From the human T2T-CHM13v2.0 reference genome, Homo sapiens, in NCBI RefSeq assembly GCF_009914755.1, contig NC_060929.1: a stretch of 64,000 bases of DNA. The stretch is one strand, 5' to 3'. Made by a program: the position numbers and the translations under genes. Within the stretch, counting starts at the first letter, position 1; every line of letters begins with the position of its first letter. Shown here piece after piece: positions 1 through 15,742 of the stretch. Under the pieces are notes generated by a model. The model worked only from the letters and a program-made list of their open reading frames with translations. It made no database searches and was not told the DNA's origin.

Positions 1-110
1 TGCTTGAAAAATGGATGCCTATTGGAATATCCCTGACTCCTGCTGCTGCCAAGGTTGCTGGCAATGACACTGCTGATGCTTTGTCCTCACAGTGGGCTCC
101 TCAGTTAGTA

Positions 111-160
111 CTTCCTTCCTCCCTCCCTCCCTCCCTCCCTCCCTTCCTCCCTTCCTTCCT
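111..160. repeat. (CCTT/CCCT)n pyrimidine microsatellite
   Basis: cttccttcctccctccctcc... read directly. Confidence 0.9.
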
Positions 161-2092
161 TGTGCTTTCTTCTTTTTTCTTTTTTTATCCTTTCCTCATT
201 TATTTTTTCATTTGATTTTTTAATTTTTAATATGAAAAACAAATTCATAAATACTAGACTGAAAACAATCTTAGTGTTTTGAATCTAAAACAATCTTTCT
301 CTTATCAAGACATGTGGTACTTGGGCCACATAGGTGGATTTTAGCCCTGTATCTTCAAAGTTTCATAGGCTAAATTTCTAGTAAAAGTAGGTTATTCAAG
401 CAGAAATAATAGAGCATAAATAAAAGATATCAGAACTGCAGGTGTGAATCTTGGAGTCAAATACCATGCAGTGAAAAGCAGATGCTCTCATGAAACCGTG
501 GAGAAGGTTGTTTCAAGAAGTGAAGCTGAAGAACAAGGTGGGCAGCAGTGGCTGCAATTGGGGCCCTGTTAAGCTGTCAGACATTGGGAAAGTTGACAGT
601 GGTATACAACACTATAAATTTCAATCAGTACCAAGAGGTCACATCCACATCCCAGAATAAAGAAGAAGAAGAAAACAAAAAGACCTAACATTTTAGAGGA
701 GGAAACCTATTGCCAATTATAGGGAATCTCTTCCTCCAATCACATAATTTCATTCCCAGGTAAAGATAATATCCTAAATATCTAGTTAAAGTGAAGCCTG
801 ATAAGAGGGATAGAGGTAGAGTATAAGATATATTAATACAAACTGTATAGAATGAGTGCTAACACATTAGAAAGATAGTGAGAAGACAATTATTGAATAT
901 AGCTGGTTTTAAGATAATATTATCATGTAATTTTGTTTTATAAGCAATCATTTTAGACATAATTGAAGAAACAATAATTGCAATGTGTTTTGTTAAGCCT
1001 AGCCTAACATTTCTCTCATTCAGCCTTTATTGTCTGCATTCTAAGGCACATTCCAGAAAAAATAATATTGCTATAGAAAACTGTAAATGATGAGCATGAA
1101 CAATGAAATTCAAGCTGCTTTTAAGTATTCATGCTAAACAGATATACTGTCATTCAGCTAAAAAGGGAAACATGTTCTTGTTTATAATAACTTTCCAAAA
1201 GAATCTGATGATATCTAACCTCATGCCATTTTCAATAAATTGTAAAATAATAATATGATCCCTAAGAACCCTGAAAGTGATATTTGTAAGGTGGGAATCT
1301 TCATGAAAATAAAAAGAAATAAAGTCCACAAGTGCAAATACTTAAATTGATACTTAAATTAAGAGAGAATAAACATCTTAAATCCTGGAGAAAAAATTTC
1401 AGATTGATTAATATCAAATCACAATTATTCAAAGAATTAAGTTAACAAAAATGCAAATTTTATAATATTTTATCAAGTACACATACAATCTACCTAAAAT
1501 ATAAACCACCTAATTTTGTAATATTGTGCTCTTTTTAACATTTATATGTATATAAACATTGCATTTAATTTTATATTTTCCTGTTTATGACAAGTTATTG
1601 CAACAATTTGTGTAAGAGGACATAGTGTCTGAATCCAATCTTCCTTCACTTTCCGAAGGCCAATCTTTTAGAGAGAAGAGAGGCTGGTACAAATGGATAT
1701 ACAGAGTTTCTTCTGTATGTTGCTGGATATATATTTAATTTCTCAATTTCCCTAGAAATCATACCACTGTAAATATCAGGCTTTTAAAAACATACTGGAC
1801 TTTGAAGGGACTGTTTTTATCTAAATAGCATGTTACATTGGATACCTACTGTGAATGCTGTATTTTGCTTTTATGTTTGATCATTCATTTACTATTTCCT
1901 TCTCTAAACATGAAAGTGGACATATTTCCATGCTAATAATGAAATGTTACCCACATTATTTGGTTAGGAAAACTTTTCCTGCATCCAGTGAACAAACTCA
2001 GATTTATTTTTGGCCTTAATGCTTGTCATCTTTTCCATCATGAACCCATAAGATTCATATATCCAGATGCAGTAATTTAGGCTGCCACTTAC

Positions 2093-2235
2093 CTAAGAGC
2101 TGTGGTGATGCTATGAGTTTTACCTTTCATTGCACCTCTGGTGTCGGTTCATTTCTCATCTTCCATGTCCCATAGAGCTGCTCCAAGTACAGAAAACCCT
2201 TTGAAGTCACTTGGAACTTTGTGCTCCGATGAGGC
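2093..2235 (-). other. Candidate non-coding exon with alternative donors at 2124 and 2093
   Basis: Minus-strand acceptor cttactttgcatgtccttcag|; donors aag|gtaaaa and tag|gtaagt; stops in all three frames. Confidence 0.3.
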
Positions 2236-2715
2236 CTGAAGGACATGCAAAGTAAGAAACATGGCCATGCTTGCAAATAAGGTGAAAATTCAATCATCTT
2301 TACTAACGGTATACCTAAATGCATATCTATGTGTGTCTGTGTGCAGTAAAAACAGCACAGCAAACTTTAATTTTGCAAAAACAGAATGTTTATGTGGATC
2401 TATCTATTACACTTAAGCCAACTTATTTCACATATGAAGAAATAGACTAAGTATATTAGTGAAAGTAAATGCCTTCAGGTATCATATAAAAGATATTTAT
2501 TTGTGTAGTAATATCCAATCTAATATTTAATTTACTCTATATTCCTTTTAAAATAATGTACATTAAGACAGACTTTGAAGAAAAACAAAGTTAATTTTTC
2601 TGATATTCTGATATCTTTACCTACATAGGCCAAAATTTAAAAATCAACTTAAAAATAGTCTTCATTTTTCTTTATAAGCATTTTCCAGTGTACCAATAAA
2701 TGAGCAGTAAATGAG

Positions 2716-3230
2716 CATGCAGTTTTGGGGCTCCAGGTGCAAACCACATTTCTCACTTGCCCATCCGCATTGCCAGTTAGGCTCTGCCAATAGGTGGAGC
2801 TAGAGGACGACTGCAGGGCTAGAGAATTTCCCTGGAGCTTTCTGCCTACTTTCTGCTCCTGTCAGCTTCACCCAGGCCCAGCTTTTTAATATTTGGGAAA
2901 AATTTTGCTCTAATAGCTTCAGCAATTGAACCGAATTTGCATTTTTCCCAACATTTGTAGAATCAGTTCCATCACAGGTCCTCAGAAACACTAGCACCTA
3001 CTGCTCAGCACCCACTCCTCAGAAATCTGGTATTCATCTTCACGGGGAGCCTTCTCCAAGTTACTAAATTTCAATCATTTCAGTCTGTTCCCTTTGATTA
3101 TCCAGTCCTAAGGATTTCAGTTGTCACCTACAATTATTATCTTTGTGATACCATGGTTAAAACAGTTTTGTAGTAAATTGTCTCATGTTAAAATGTCTGA
3201 TTTCATTTCTGATTTCTGAATTGACTCAGA
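2716..3230 (+). mobile_element. Old ERVL-class solo LTR (LTR41/LTR33-like)
   Basis: gttaggctctgccaataggtggagctagagg...ctgcagggct resembles the LTR41/33 core; boundaries approximate. Confidence 0.45.
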
Positions 3231-3573
3231 ATGGAGCATGTATTTACTTTACTCCATAATTATTTCAGTTTTATAAACATGACCACAGATTTGGGGTCTA
3301 AAGGACAACTGACAGCAACCAGCTGTCCTAGACAAACCAGAACATATGGTTATCCTAGATATGAGATTAAATATAATCCTAACTGAAATTCTAGGTAGCA
3401 ATGTTATTTTCTTAATAGTTAGAACCAAAATTCTTCCTGGCATTGACCCCACATACCTGGAATCTAAGAATTGCTGCCTTATCTTTTTCTGTTGCTAGTC
3501 AGGTTGCAATATTGAGAATTGAACTCCATATGACTGTAGACAGAGGTACTGGTATTGCATGAATTGGTAACAC

Positions 3574-3609
3574 ACTTTTGTAAGAACTTTTGTAAGATCT
3601 TTTGTAAGA
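3574..3609. repeat. 12-bp tandem repeat x3 (acttttgtaaga)
   Basis: acttttgtaaga acttttgtaaga tcttttgtaaga. Confidence 0.9.
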
Positions 3610-3617
3610 ACACGTTT

Positions 3618-3925
3618 GATTATATTTCTGCTCTGCCTAAAACCATTCAATGGTTACCCAATTACATAAGATAAAGTTGAGATTTAGACAGTCGTTTCTC
3701 TGAGAAGTCCCAAAGAGTGGGTTATATGCTTCCTGAATGAATACTCCCACAACACTTACCAACTTACTGATACCATAACATTCAAAATAACATTACAATT
3801 ACTTGTTTACTTGTCTGTATCAAGCTTTAAGCTATCATGTCTATGAAACCAGAACCTATGTTGTGTTCGCCATTGCTAGTGAGGAACACACTGTCTAGAA
3901 CACAGGATAATCTCAATGTACATTT
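3618..3925 (+). mobile_element. L2 3' fragment
   Basis: ctctgcctaaaaccattcaatggtt and ttacttgtttacttgtctg motifs typical of L2. Confidence 0.5.
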
Positions 3926-5314
3926 TATTTCTACTTTATATATACAGAAAGAAAAATAGTAAAGGCAGTACTAGAATAAGCTCCCATTGTACAGGGTCAG
4001 CACCTCAATTTTTTGGATGGTTACTCTTTAAGTAAGAGTATAGATAATTGGGAAGGAAGGAGATACTGCTTTATCATCAGAAAAAGCAGTTTACTCTCAA
4101 ACAGCAGACAATATGCTAACAACAGCCAGTTATTATAGTTCTTTATCTCTTGTAGTCAAGGGAAATTCTTCCTTAATTCTGACAATTGTTTGAGTGTAAA
4201 CCTTAATATTAGTTATTTTCATCATTTATTTGTGCCTGCATTGGTATTTTATTAACAGGTTAACAAAGACTAAGTAATAGAGTGAAGTAAAATGCTATTC
4301 TTCCAGCCACCATTCTTATTCTTAAAATTATTTCATTTCCAGTATGTCAGAGATGATATCTTTCTTTATCAATAAATTTAAGATATTTGGATTGAAATAT
4401 TTTAATGTACAATTTTTTAATATCGCACTTCTTTTTCACTTACTAAATACACACACAATCCAGAAAATACCTTCCTGTGATGGGAACTATAGGAGCTATG
4501 CAAACTATTTTCAAGGTTTAAAATATCAATATTGAATTGAAATATTTTAGCCTATGTGTCATTTGAAAAAGCATCAAAGATATCTTATATAAAGAACATT
4601 TCAAAAATTAGTTTGTGAAACTGAAAACTGGAGTATGTTTTCCACTACCTTGGGGGAGTGGAGAATTGGAATTGACTTCAATGTTGCAGGTGAGCAACAG
4701 TATATACTTAAATTTAAATGTTCTCTTTCTATTTTTTCTAATTTACTATCATGGGAAATAGGATGATGATTCATTTCTCTGATAAGAGTAATTGATAGAA
4801 GTCTAAATAAATATGGGATTTCTATGTACATAATTTAGGGCTTTTCTTCCATAAGACATCTCTCTGTTGTACTCACACCCATACAAGTAGTACATTGACA
4901 TATCAGTGAGCTACTTTTGGAAAAGTTCAGTTATAATATTTTTAAAACATACTCTAAAAACATTACACTTATGTCATGAGGGAGTTACTTTTTTCCAGTG
5001 TCTTGGTTGAGAAGCGTTCTGAATTATATAAAGTAGAGAACGCTTTATAACATTGTCTCTGGCATTTTGTGGACCACAAATTTTAAAAATATCTAAATCT
5101 GGATAGAATCAAAAGCATATTAATGTTCCTGCTGAGGAAAATTGTTATTACTCAGCAATTCAGTGGCTTTAGAATATACCATTCAATATGAAGAAAAAAA
5201 CTTAGTCCAAGAAATGTAATATAGTCACTCCTTTTTCATGTGTTAACTTTCCCTAGATTATAATGATTTCATTCTTTGGCAAGACTTCGGAAAGCACTAG
5301 TGTGCTAGAGAATC

Positions 5315-5520
5315 TTTTTTTTTTCTTATAATTATTTTAATATCTTCCATGACTATGGACATTTTCCTTTTCTCATTGCTACTACTAGCTATTTTTTTTA
5401 AGTTTTATTTTAAGTTCAGGGGTATATGGACAGGTTTGTTATATAGGTTATCTTGTGTTATGGGGGTTTGTTTGTACAGGTGACTGGTGCTTGCATAACT
5501 GGCTAGCCATATGCAGAAGA
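5315..5520 (-). mobile_element. Short old L1PA (about PA13-15) insertion with 5' inversion and 3' transduction
   Basis: L1 3' end 5391-5482 (-); inverted ORF2 piece 5485-5520 (+); unique 5325-5390; second T-tail 5315-5324; TSD agagaatcttttt at 5307-5319 and 5518-5530. Confidence 0.8.
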
Positions 5521-5634
5521 GAATCTTTTTATAATCTAATAAAAATTACCAACTTTCTTCTAGAGAGGTGCATAAACACATACATTACCTATTGTTTACC
5601 ATTTCAGGTTTTTCAGGAGTTTTCTAAAATCATT

Positions 5635-6180
5635 TATTGGTTTAAAGGCTTCAGAGGTATATGCAAATGACTGAAAATTCTACATTTTTATCCCAAACCT
5701 AATGCCTACGTAGATAACCTGCAGCCACTACACTTTGACATATCTAGAATCGAATTGTCTTCTGCTCACACTTACATATACTAGTTCATTTCCAATTTCA
5801 GTCAATGATAACCACTACCCACCCAGTTTTTTAATCCATAAATATGGAGGTATACTTTATCCCTTTTCTTTTAGTTCTCCCACCCAATCAATTAACAAGT
5901 CATGTCAATTCTGTGCATTTAATTATTCTCAAATATGACTTGTTTTTTTACCCCATTAAGCATTTATTTTCTTTCATCTGAATCCCCACCTCCAGCCTTA
6001 TCCCTTCACAATATTTCTTCATACAGAAGCATTAAAATGTGCATTCTAAAATGCAGAAATGGTCATATTATTACACTATTTGGAACCCATCAAAGACTAT
6101 TCATTGCCTTTAAGATAAGACCAAACACTTCACTATGGCTTAAGAAGGCCTGTTGTAGTCTTGTGTTTTGAAACCTTTCC
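5635..6180 (+). mobile_element. L2 fragment
   Basis: caatcaattaacaagtcatgtcaattct, aaatgcagaaatggtcatatt and cattgcctttaagataaga motifs. Confidence 0.6.
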
Positions 6181-6334
6181 ACAAGTGTTGTAAGTCTCTG
6201 TCATAATAAACTACAGACAGTACACTAATCTAAGATGTGCCCTGATGCTGTGGGTCCTTGTTAAAGTTCTTTATGTAAAGCCAGAATTTGAAAATGCACT
6301 TTGCACATGAGAAGTCTCCTGGGCTTAAGGCAAA

Positions 6335-6468
6335 GAACAGAACAACCAAAAGATCTAGGTTCTAATCTTAATCTGACACTTGGACGAGTTATATAAAATG
6401 TTTGGACCTCAATTTCCTCATCAGTAAAAACAACTGGATTTGTGCCTTCATCTTTAGCAGTCTATGGT
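6335..6468 (+). mobile_element. MIR3-like SINE fragment
   Basis: gatctaggttctaatctt...ggacctcaatttcctcatcagtaaaa. Confidence 0.55.
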
Positions 6469-7049
6469 TGCCTTTTGCATCTCTTAGAGGTCATTAAATA
6501 TGTTCAAGTTAATGTGTTGTCATCTAGTGGTTTTATTTCAGCAACATTTGCTAAAAATATTCAGTTTGTGAAGTAGAAAAAGAAAGACAGTGATTACTAT
6601 TTTACCAGTTATGAGGATCATACATTTACTTTTATAATTTTCTAATATACACAAAATGTGTATTTTTAATATTAATTATATTTGTATTTTGTATTATCTG
6701 TGAAAAATATTTAATATTTGTTTTGTTGTGCAATTTATACTATTAGCTTTATATTATGTATATCATTTATATTATCTTTTTAATTTTATATTATTAGTTT
6801 TTCTTTATATCTTGCATTTTTAGTGTCACAAAATTTTCTAAATTCAATGCATCACAAAATTGTTACTTAGAAGAAAAAAGCAAAATTAAGAAATGCAGAA
6901 GAATGTATGTTAGAGAATAGCTGAGATAATTTAAATTATTACAGTTAGGTAAAGAATTTTTATTTGTAAGTTTTTTACTATCCAATGCAGACAAGGAGTA
7001 TTTTTACACATATCTTTGTCATCAGTGTTAAAGATTGAAATGGTTTTTT

Positions 7050-7495
7050 TTTTTAATTTGATTCCTCCTCTTTCTGCACATTCTCTCCTGTCTGGTCTCC
7101 ACCCATCTTTGTCCTGCTCTATACATTAGGAGGTCGAAACCAACAGACTGCTTCATATGAGCTCCCTGACCAGCTAGTTCATAGTTAGGGTTGGCTACTG
7201 AGAGTCAGTGAAATAAGAAAGGTGAGATTTGATAACATTTCTTCCCAGCCCCATCTCTATTTAGAGTTATTTCTCTGGCTGGAGTACACTGTGCCGTGAG
7301 TTTACTTCCTAGTAGCCTCTCGCCCTTGGCTCCAGCTCTCACCATTTCCTCATTTTCACTCTGATTCTCAAAAAGTGGTGTAATGTCTCCTTCTTTTTTT
7401 AATACTGCTACATCTTTACCCAGTCCGATCTTTAAATTACCTTTATTTAAATCATCTGAATGGGTTATATTTTATGTAAAATCCTGCTTGATTCA
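7050..7495 (+). mobile_element. LTR33-like ERVL solo LTR
   Basis: tttgtcctgctctatacattaggagg...gctccctgaccagctag...gttagggttggc. Confidence 0.55.
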
Positions 7496-7714
7496 AAACT
7501 TCAAGAAGGACATTTTTAGAGGAATGCATACATTGAGGAAATTATGTATTTTTTAATTATACAAATAGAAGCAAAAAATATAATTAATAATGTCTTCTGT
7601 TACTATTGTTTGAAAATGTAGAATTGGGTCCAATCACATCATTTTGAAATTTAATCTAGAAAACTTGAATGAACACTGTTAAATCCTAACTCAGTGAAAA
7701 AGTCCTGGTGAATT

Positions 7715-7890
7715 CATGGTGTGATGAAAAAATGGTTTTAAAACCAGAACGACATAGACGTGAATTCCAGCTCTATTACAGACTAAGTTAAATTAAGCCT
7801 GGTATCTACTATTTATGACTCAGTTTTATTTGACGAACTTTTAAGATCATTGTAAAAGTAGAAATAGAATAAATAATGTGGGACATGGTT
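7715..7890 (+). mobile_element. MIR fragment
   Basis: gtgaattccagctctattac...atgactcagtttt core. Confidence 0.45.
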
Positions 7891-8111
7891 TATTCTTACT
7901 GAATGGTAATCTCTTTAAATTTGTCACTATTTTTCTTTGCAATGGTTATCCTTAATGCAGCAATTTACTCTACAGACTGATATATCTCAGTCTGAAACAG
8001 AGGCAGCATCTGCTTGAATGGACAAATTCAGAAGTGTACATAGGATATGTTGGTGGTTGAAGAATTCAATGCTATATATATGCCAAAAATACAGATGGCA
8101 CTGTTGCCATT

Positions 8112-8674
8112 TGTGATGATTAATTTTATGTGTCACATTCACTGGGTTAAAAGATACCCAGATATCTCTAAAACATTATTTCTGAGTGTGTCTGTGAGGT
8201 GTTTTTGGAAGAGATTAATCTTTGAATCACTAGACTGAGTAAAGATCACCTTCCCCCATGTGGATGGGTATCATCCAATCCATTGAGGGCCCACTTAAAT
8301 AGAACAAAAAGATTGAGGCAAAGCAAATTCCCCCTTTCTCTTCTTGAGCTAGTACATCCATCTTCTGTCCTTGGACATCAGACCTCCTGATTCTAAGACT
8401 GCTGGATTCCAGGACTTAACACTACCAGTACCCCAAGTTATCAGGCATTCAGCCTTAGTCTGGGAGTTTAACAATTGTCTCCTCTGGTTCTCAGTCCTTC
8501 AGACTGTGACTGAATTACATAACCAGTTTCTCTGGTTCTCCAGCTTACAGACAGAAGATCCTGGGGAATCTCAATTGCCATGATTTCATGAGCCAATTTC
8601 CAACATAAATCTCTTCTAGTAGATCTACGTATATTCTATTGATTGTGTTTCTCTGGAGAATACTCACTAATGCA
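8112..8674 (+). mobile_element. MLT2 (ERVL) solo LTR
   Basis: Starts tgtgatgattaattttatgtgtca; internal catcatccaatccattgagggcc; ends ttctctggagaatactcactaatgca. Confidence 0.85.
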
Positions 8675-9439
8675 TGATACTATTGGGCAAATTCAGAAGC
8701 TTGTACTGAATCAACAGAGATAGACTTTACATGGCTATCATCTTCCCTTTGGCACACATTTCTTTGTCATAACAATTGGACTAATGCTACCATAAATTCT
8801 TCTACTACATAGATCTCTGATTCAAGGGATCTAAGTTCCTTCTATCTGACTTATTTATTTGGTAGGTATCGAATAGAAAATCCCAAGTCTTAGAATGGAA
8901 ACAAATTTTCAAAGATGACATAAATTCAGTCAATACATTTGTTTAAAGTTAAATATGACATTCACTCTCTGAGGGCATTAAAGTAAAACAGTGCATGCTT
9001 ATTCTTGAGGCGACTGCAATTATATAAGGAAGAAAAAATCAACCTGAGAATATTTTTATTAGCTAGGTAAAACTTTAGTGTAAAGTGTACAATAATATTA
9101 TTTTATAGGTATGTTGGGTAAAATATTAATGATTATATCAGATTTCATAGCTGGGGCAGAGCTACACTTGTATAACACTTTTTACTCCCCTCTACCTTAT
9201 CATATACCACATTGTTATATCATTTTATTGGGTTCATCTTTCATTTCACTTAACTCTGAAAATTTTAACAGCAGAATTGTGACTTGTACGAAAATAATAC
9301 ATCAAATAATTGTGTTCATCTAACTATGGCTTCATCAAAATTAAAAATAAATAGAATTTCTGCCTGACCACATGCCATCATATACAAGATGTAGAAACTA
9401 ATAACAAAAGGAGGGAAAAATAATTCTAAAAGCAAAGGG

Positions 9440-10030
9440 CTAAAGTCTATAATAAATTAATAGTTCCTGAAAAATGGTAAAAAGAAGACTGACAGCCAAT
9501 AGAAAATAGGTGAAGAATATAAGAAAAGTCATAGAAAATGCAGGGCAGGAGATCAGTCATTATAAGTGAAATGCAAATTAATTTTGCCCAGAGGTACCAT
9601 TTCTCAGATAGCAAAATGATAAAAATCTAAAAGTAGACTATCGATGGAGAGTAATTAGACAGTATTTATAAATATACCAGCAATTGTAGTTTAGAAAATC
9701 AGCCTACACATATGCTTACATATGTGCAAAATGTGTGCAAAATGTAAAAGGTTTCTCATCAAGGCACTGTCTATATTAGCAAAGAATTTAAAAGAAACTG
9801 AATCTATCAATAAGAGGTAAAAAATTAAATTGTGAGACTCTTGCATGATGAAAAATAATATATCTGCTAAAAGTGGGGAAAAGGTAGCTCTTTATGTATT
9901 ATTATGAAAGGATTTCTAAGGTATGCTATAAAGTGAAAGACACACAAAAAACATAGAGAGTGTGCCATTATTTGTGTAAAAACCAAATAAATATTATAGA
10001 AATTTCTCCTATTTTGCATACACATAATAT
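9440..10030 (+). mobile_element. Ancient L1ME-type 3' fragment
   Basis: Degraded gacagccaatagaaaataggtgaag and gaaatgcaaattta motifs. Confidence 0.4.
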
Positions 10031-10337
10031 TTTGGGGCTTTAGATTCTAACTGTACTGTGGTATTAAATTATCTCTCTATTGCTTTTAAAGCAGTGGTAT
10101 ATCTATTCTGTTTCCCCAAGATCTGCTGCTGGTGAGACAGCCAACATAGACTTGGCTTTCTCAATAAAAACAAGGAATTAGTTTATGTCTGAAGAAAAGG
10201 TTAAGTATCTTAAAAACATGCCTCAATGGCATTTCAATTAATTTTGTCAACTACATTTTAAAGATAGTCTGATATAACAAGCATTATAATAATAATGATT
10301 AACAACATTTTAAAAGTACTTTTCAAAAAGTACTATT

Positions 10338-12437
<2,100 letters not shown>

Positions 12438-13092
12438 TAACTTGCATCACAGTAGAAGGTCCTAAATATATGTCTTCCCACTGAATTTCTTCTTGGTCCT
12501 TTGATGGAAAGGAGACAGCTTTGTAGTAGAAACTCCATGAGTTTGAATTAATTGGTATCTTTATGACCTCTAACACTGGTGCAATTTTTTTCCAATGACA
12601 TAATGATACAAATAATAAATAAAATAACATGGAATTACATAAAATATTTAATGATATTACGAACATTTTACAAAGATCAATCAAAACTAGGAAAGATGTA
12701 TTACCAAAATTTTAAATAGCTTGGATCTAAACAGAAGAGTATTCCTGACACCCAAATAGGAGCCCAGGAAAAATATAAAATTTAAATATTGAGCATTAAA
12801 TACCAGATGAATTCCAAATGTCCAGTACAAAGATCAGGGTCTAATAGGGTGACTGCTTAAAAATACAATATTCAATTATATTAATACATATATTAAACCA
12901 TTATTAGCCTTTTGCTGTCACAGGATGTTCTTAGCATGTCTAATACTGCAATATTCTTCATTATCTCATGCTTTTCTTGCTATCCAGTCTCATTTGTTTC
13001 CACTTTCCACTTTCTAATTCTAAGATTCTGCACTGAGCTTTTTTATGATACCTGAAGTTGCTCCGTTTTGCTTTTTAGGTTCTCTAGGTTAC

Positions 13093-13519
13093 TGTTATGG
13101 TTTGGATATGTTTGTTTTACCCAGCCCAGTCTCATGTTGAAATCTGATCCCCAATGTTGGGTGCAGGGCTTGGTGGGAGTGCTTGTATCATGGAGATGGA
13201 TCTCTCATGAACGGCTTAATGACATTCCCAGTGGAGTTAGTAAGTTTTCACTTTTAGTTCCCAGGGGAACTGGTTATTGAAAAGAGTCTGGTACCTGGAC
13301 CTTTCTAGCTTGCTTTCTGCCATCACCATATAGTGGGCTCCCCATATAGTGGGCTACACCTTCCACCATGACCGTAATGTTCCTGAGGCCCCTGCCAGAA
13401 GCAGATGTTGGTGTCAGGCTTCTTGTACAGCCTGCAAAACTGTAAGTCAAATAAACCGCTTTTCTTTATAAATTACCCAGCCTGAGTTATTAGTTTATAG
13501 CAACACATAAATTAAGACT
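13093..13519 (+). mobile_element. MST-family MaLR solo LTR inserted in an L2
   Basis: tgttatggtttggatatg...ctcatgttgaaatctgatccccaatgttgg...ataaattacccagcc. Confidence 0.85.
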
Positions 13520-13899
13520 GTCCCTATTTCTCTCCTTGGGATACTTGTCCCCATACCTTGCCTCTGTAATTATTACTCATCTTTCAGACCTTGAGATACA
13601 TGTCACTTTCATATGTTCCTTGATTCTGAAGTCCATGGTAGACATCACTCCTGCATTTTTTTCTAATGATACTGTACTTTCCTTATCATTAGTGTATCAT
13701 ACCGTTAATTGTTGCTCTCCGCCATTTACCTGTAAGCTCTATAAATGCAGGGATCATGACGGTCTTGTTAAGTGTTACACCTAAGCATCTGCAACACTGA
13801 AGATAATCACTACATTTAAAATAATGCTGTTATAAAGAAATTTTCAAATTTTGTCTATGTGGTAACTTGGTATACATATTCCTTAAAGAAATGTTTTTG

Positions 13900-14330
13900 G
13901 AAAATCGTTCACATGCACTGCTGATGGAAATGTGAACTGTTTTGACCTTTTATGAAAGCAATATGGGGCAATATATATATGTACACACAAATGCACATAT
14001 ATTACTGTGTGTATATGTGTGTATATAGGCATATATGTATTTCTCAATGCAGTAAACCTATCTGCTAAAGTAAAGCTATGAGTAGGTAAGGTTGTACATT
14101 AAAAAGTTGCTTATTATAGTATTGCTTCCAGTGATGAAAAACAAACAGCAAAAGAAATATGGAATGCCTGTTAGTAGAGTAATTGTTTAACATTGTTACA
14201 TTATATTCTTGCCATAAAATGTCACCAACCATTAACAAAAATTTTTGAGAAATATCCCAGCTGACTTGAAAATATTTCACAAAGTATTATTGAGTGAGAA
14301 AAGCAAGATTCTGAGGGTGTGTATTTGGTG
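13900..14330 (+). mobile_element. L1ME-type 3' fragment
   Basis: cacatgcactgctgatggaaatgtgaactg; tattgagtgagaaaagcaag. Confidence 0.45.
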
Positions 14331-14835
14331 GCTCTAAAGAAGAATAAGAAAGGATGTTTTCTAAGTTGGCAACTTGATTTAACTGGTTAACTAAAGGAGA
14401 CTGGAAAAGATATTGGTTGGAAGGAGAAGAACAAAACAATAAAGGATAAAAAAGAGAGACTGATCCCTGTAGAACATGTGTGATATAATTGTGTTTATCC
14501 CTTGCTCATGAAAATTTTGTGCATTCTTATATGTACAATAAAACTTTTAAATATAAATATGCAGTTTCCTGAATCTGTGCTAGTCATATGAAGCAATACC
14601 TAAGTATGTACCACAGACTTAATAATTTATTTGGTCCTGATTACCCCTAGTAAAACTAAGCAATGACTGCTGACATTTGTCCTTCAAAATTCTCAGAGAG
14701 AAAGGCAAAATGTCAGTCCTACTCAGTTACCTTCATAGTATCCACTACATTCAGACATGACTGAGAAAATTAAAGGTGTGCAGATAGCTGTCTGATACTC
14801 ATTGGCTGGACACTTAAACAGAAAAAAGAAAGTGA

Positions 14836-15160
<325 letters not shown>

Positions 15161-15609
15161 GAGAAAAAAGAAAACTAGAGGGCTAAGCAAATGTATCTAT
15201 TTTGAGCACTAGATCTAGGGTCTAAATAAATAGGAAAAAGACAACTTTTTATAATTAGAGGTTCTTAAATATCAAATATAAGTGTCAAGATGAATACTGA
15301 AATGTAACCTATTTTATACTGTTTTTTGTGCATCAAATTAGAAAAAAATTATAGGTACTAATTTGGTATCCATACTCATTATATTGCTTTATTACTAGTA
15401 ACATTTAAAAACAAATATCAATTGTATATGTCCACACCAGATACAAATAGAGTTTTGATTTGTTTTAATAGAGGACAGAAGCAAGTCTATGAGACACAGA
15501 GAACTGAACCACACTGAATTTGGCAAAGTGTTATGGTTTCATAGAAGATAAAATATTTGAGCAGGGAACTGTAGTAGGTAGAAGTAGGGAAAATACATGG
15601 TCAAATACA

Positions 15610-15742
15610 CATGCTCCTGCCCATAAAGACAAGGATCACATCAGTTTTCTAGTTTACCTTATATATCCAATGTCTGGCAGAGTCCCTAGTAAATAATCAT
15701 GTTTAAGAAATGCTTGCTGAATTAATAATTGAATGAATGACT
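15610..15742 (+). mobile_element. L2 3' end
   Basis: ggcagagtccctagtaaataatc...aaatgcttgctgaattaataattgaatgaatga. Confidence 0.55.

Noticed and set aside
15-215. 66-aa ORF
   Set aside because: Runs through a CT microsatellite and T-rich low-complexity DNA
13326-13355. 14-bp duplication ccatatagtgggct
   Set aside because: Ordinary slippage inside the MST LTR
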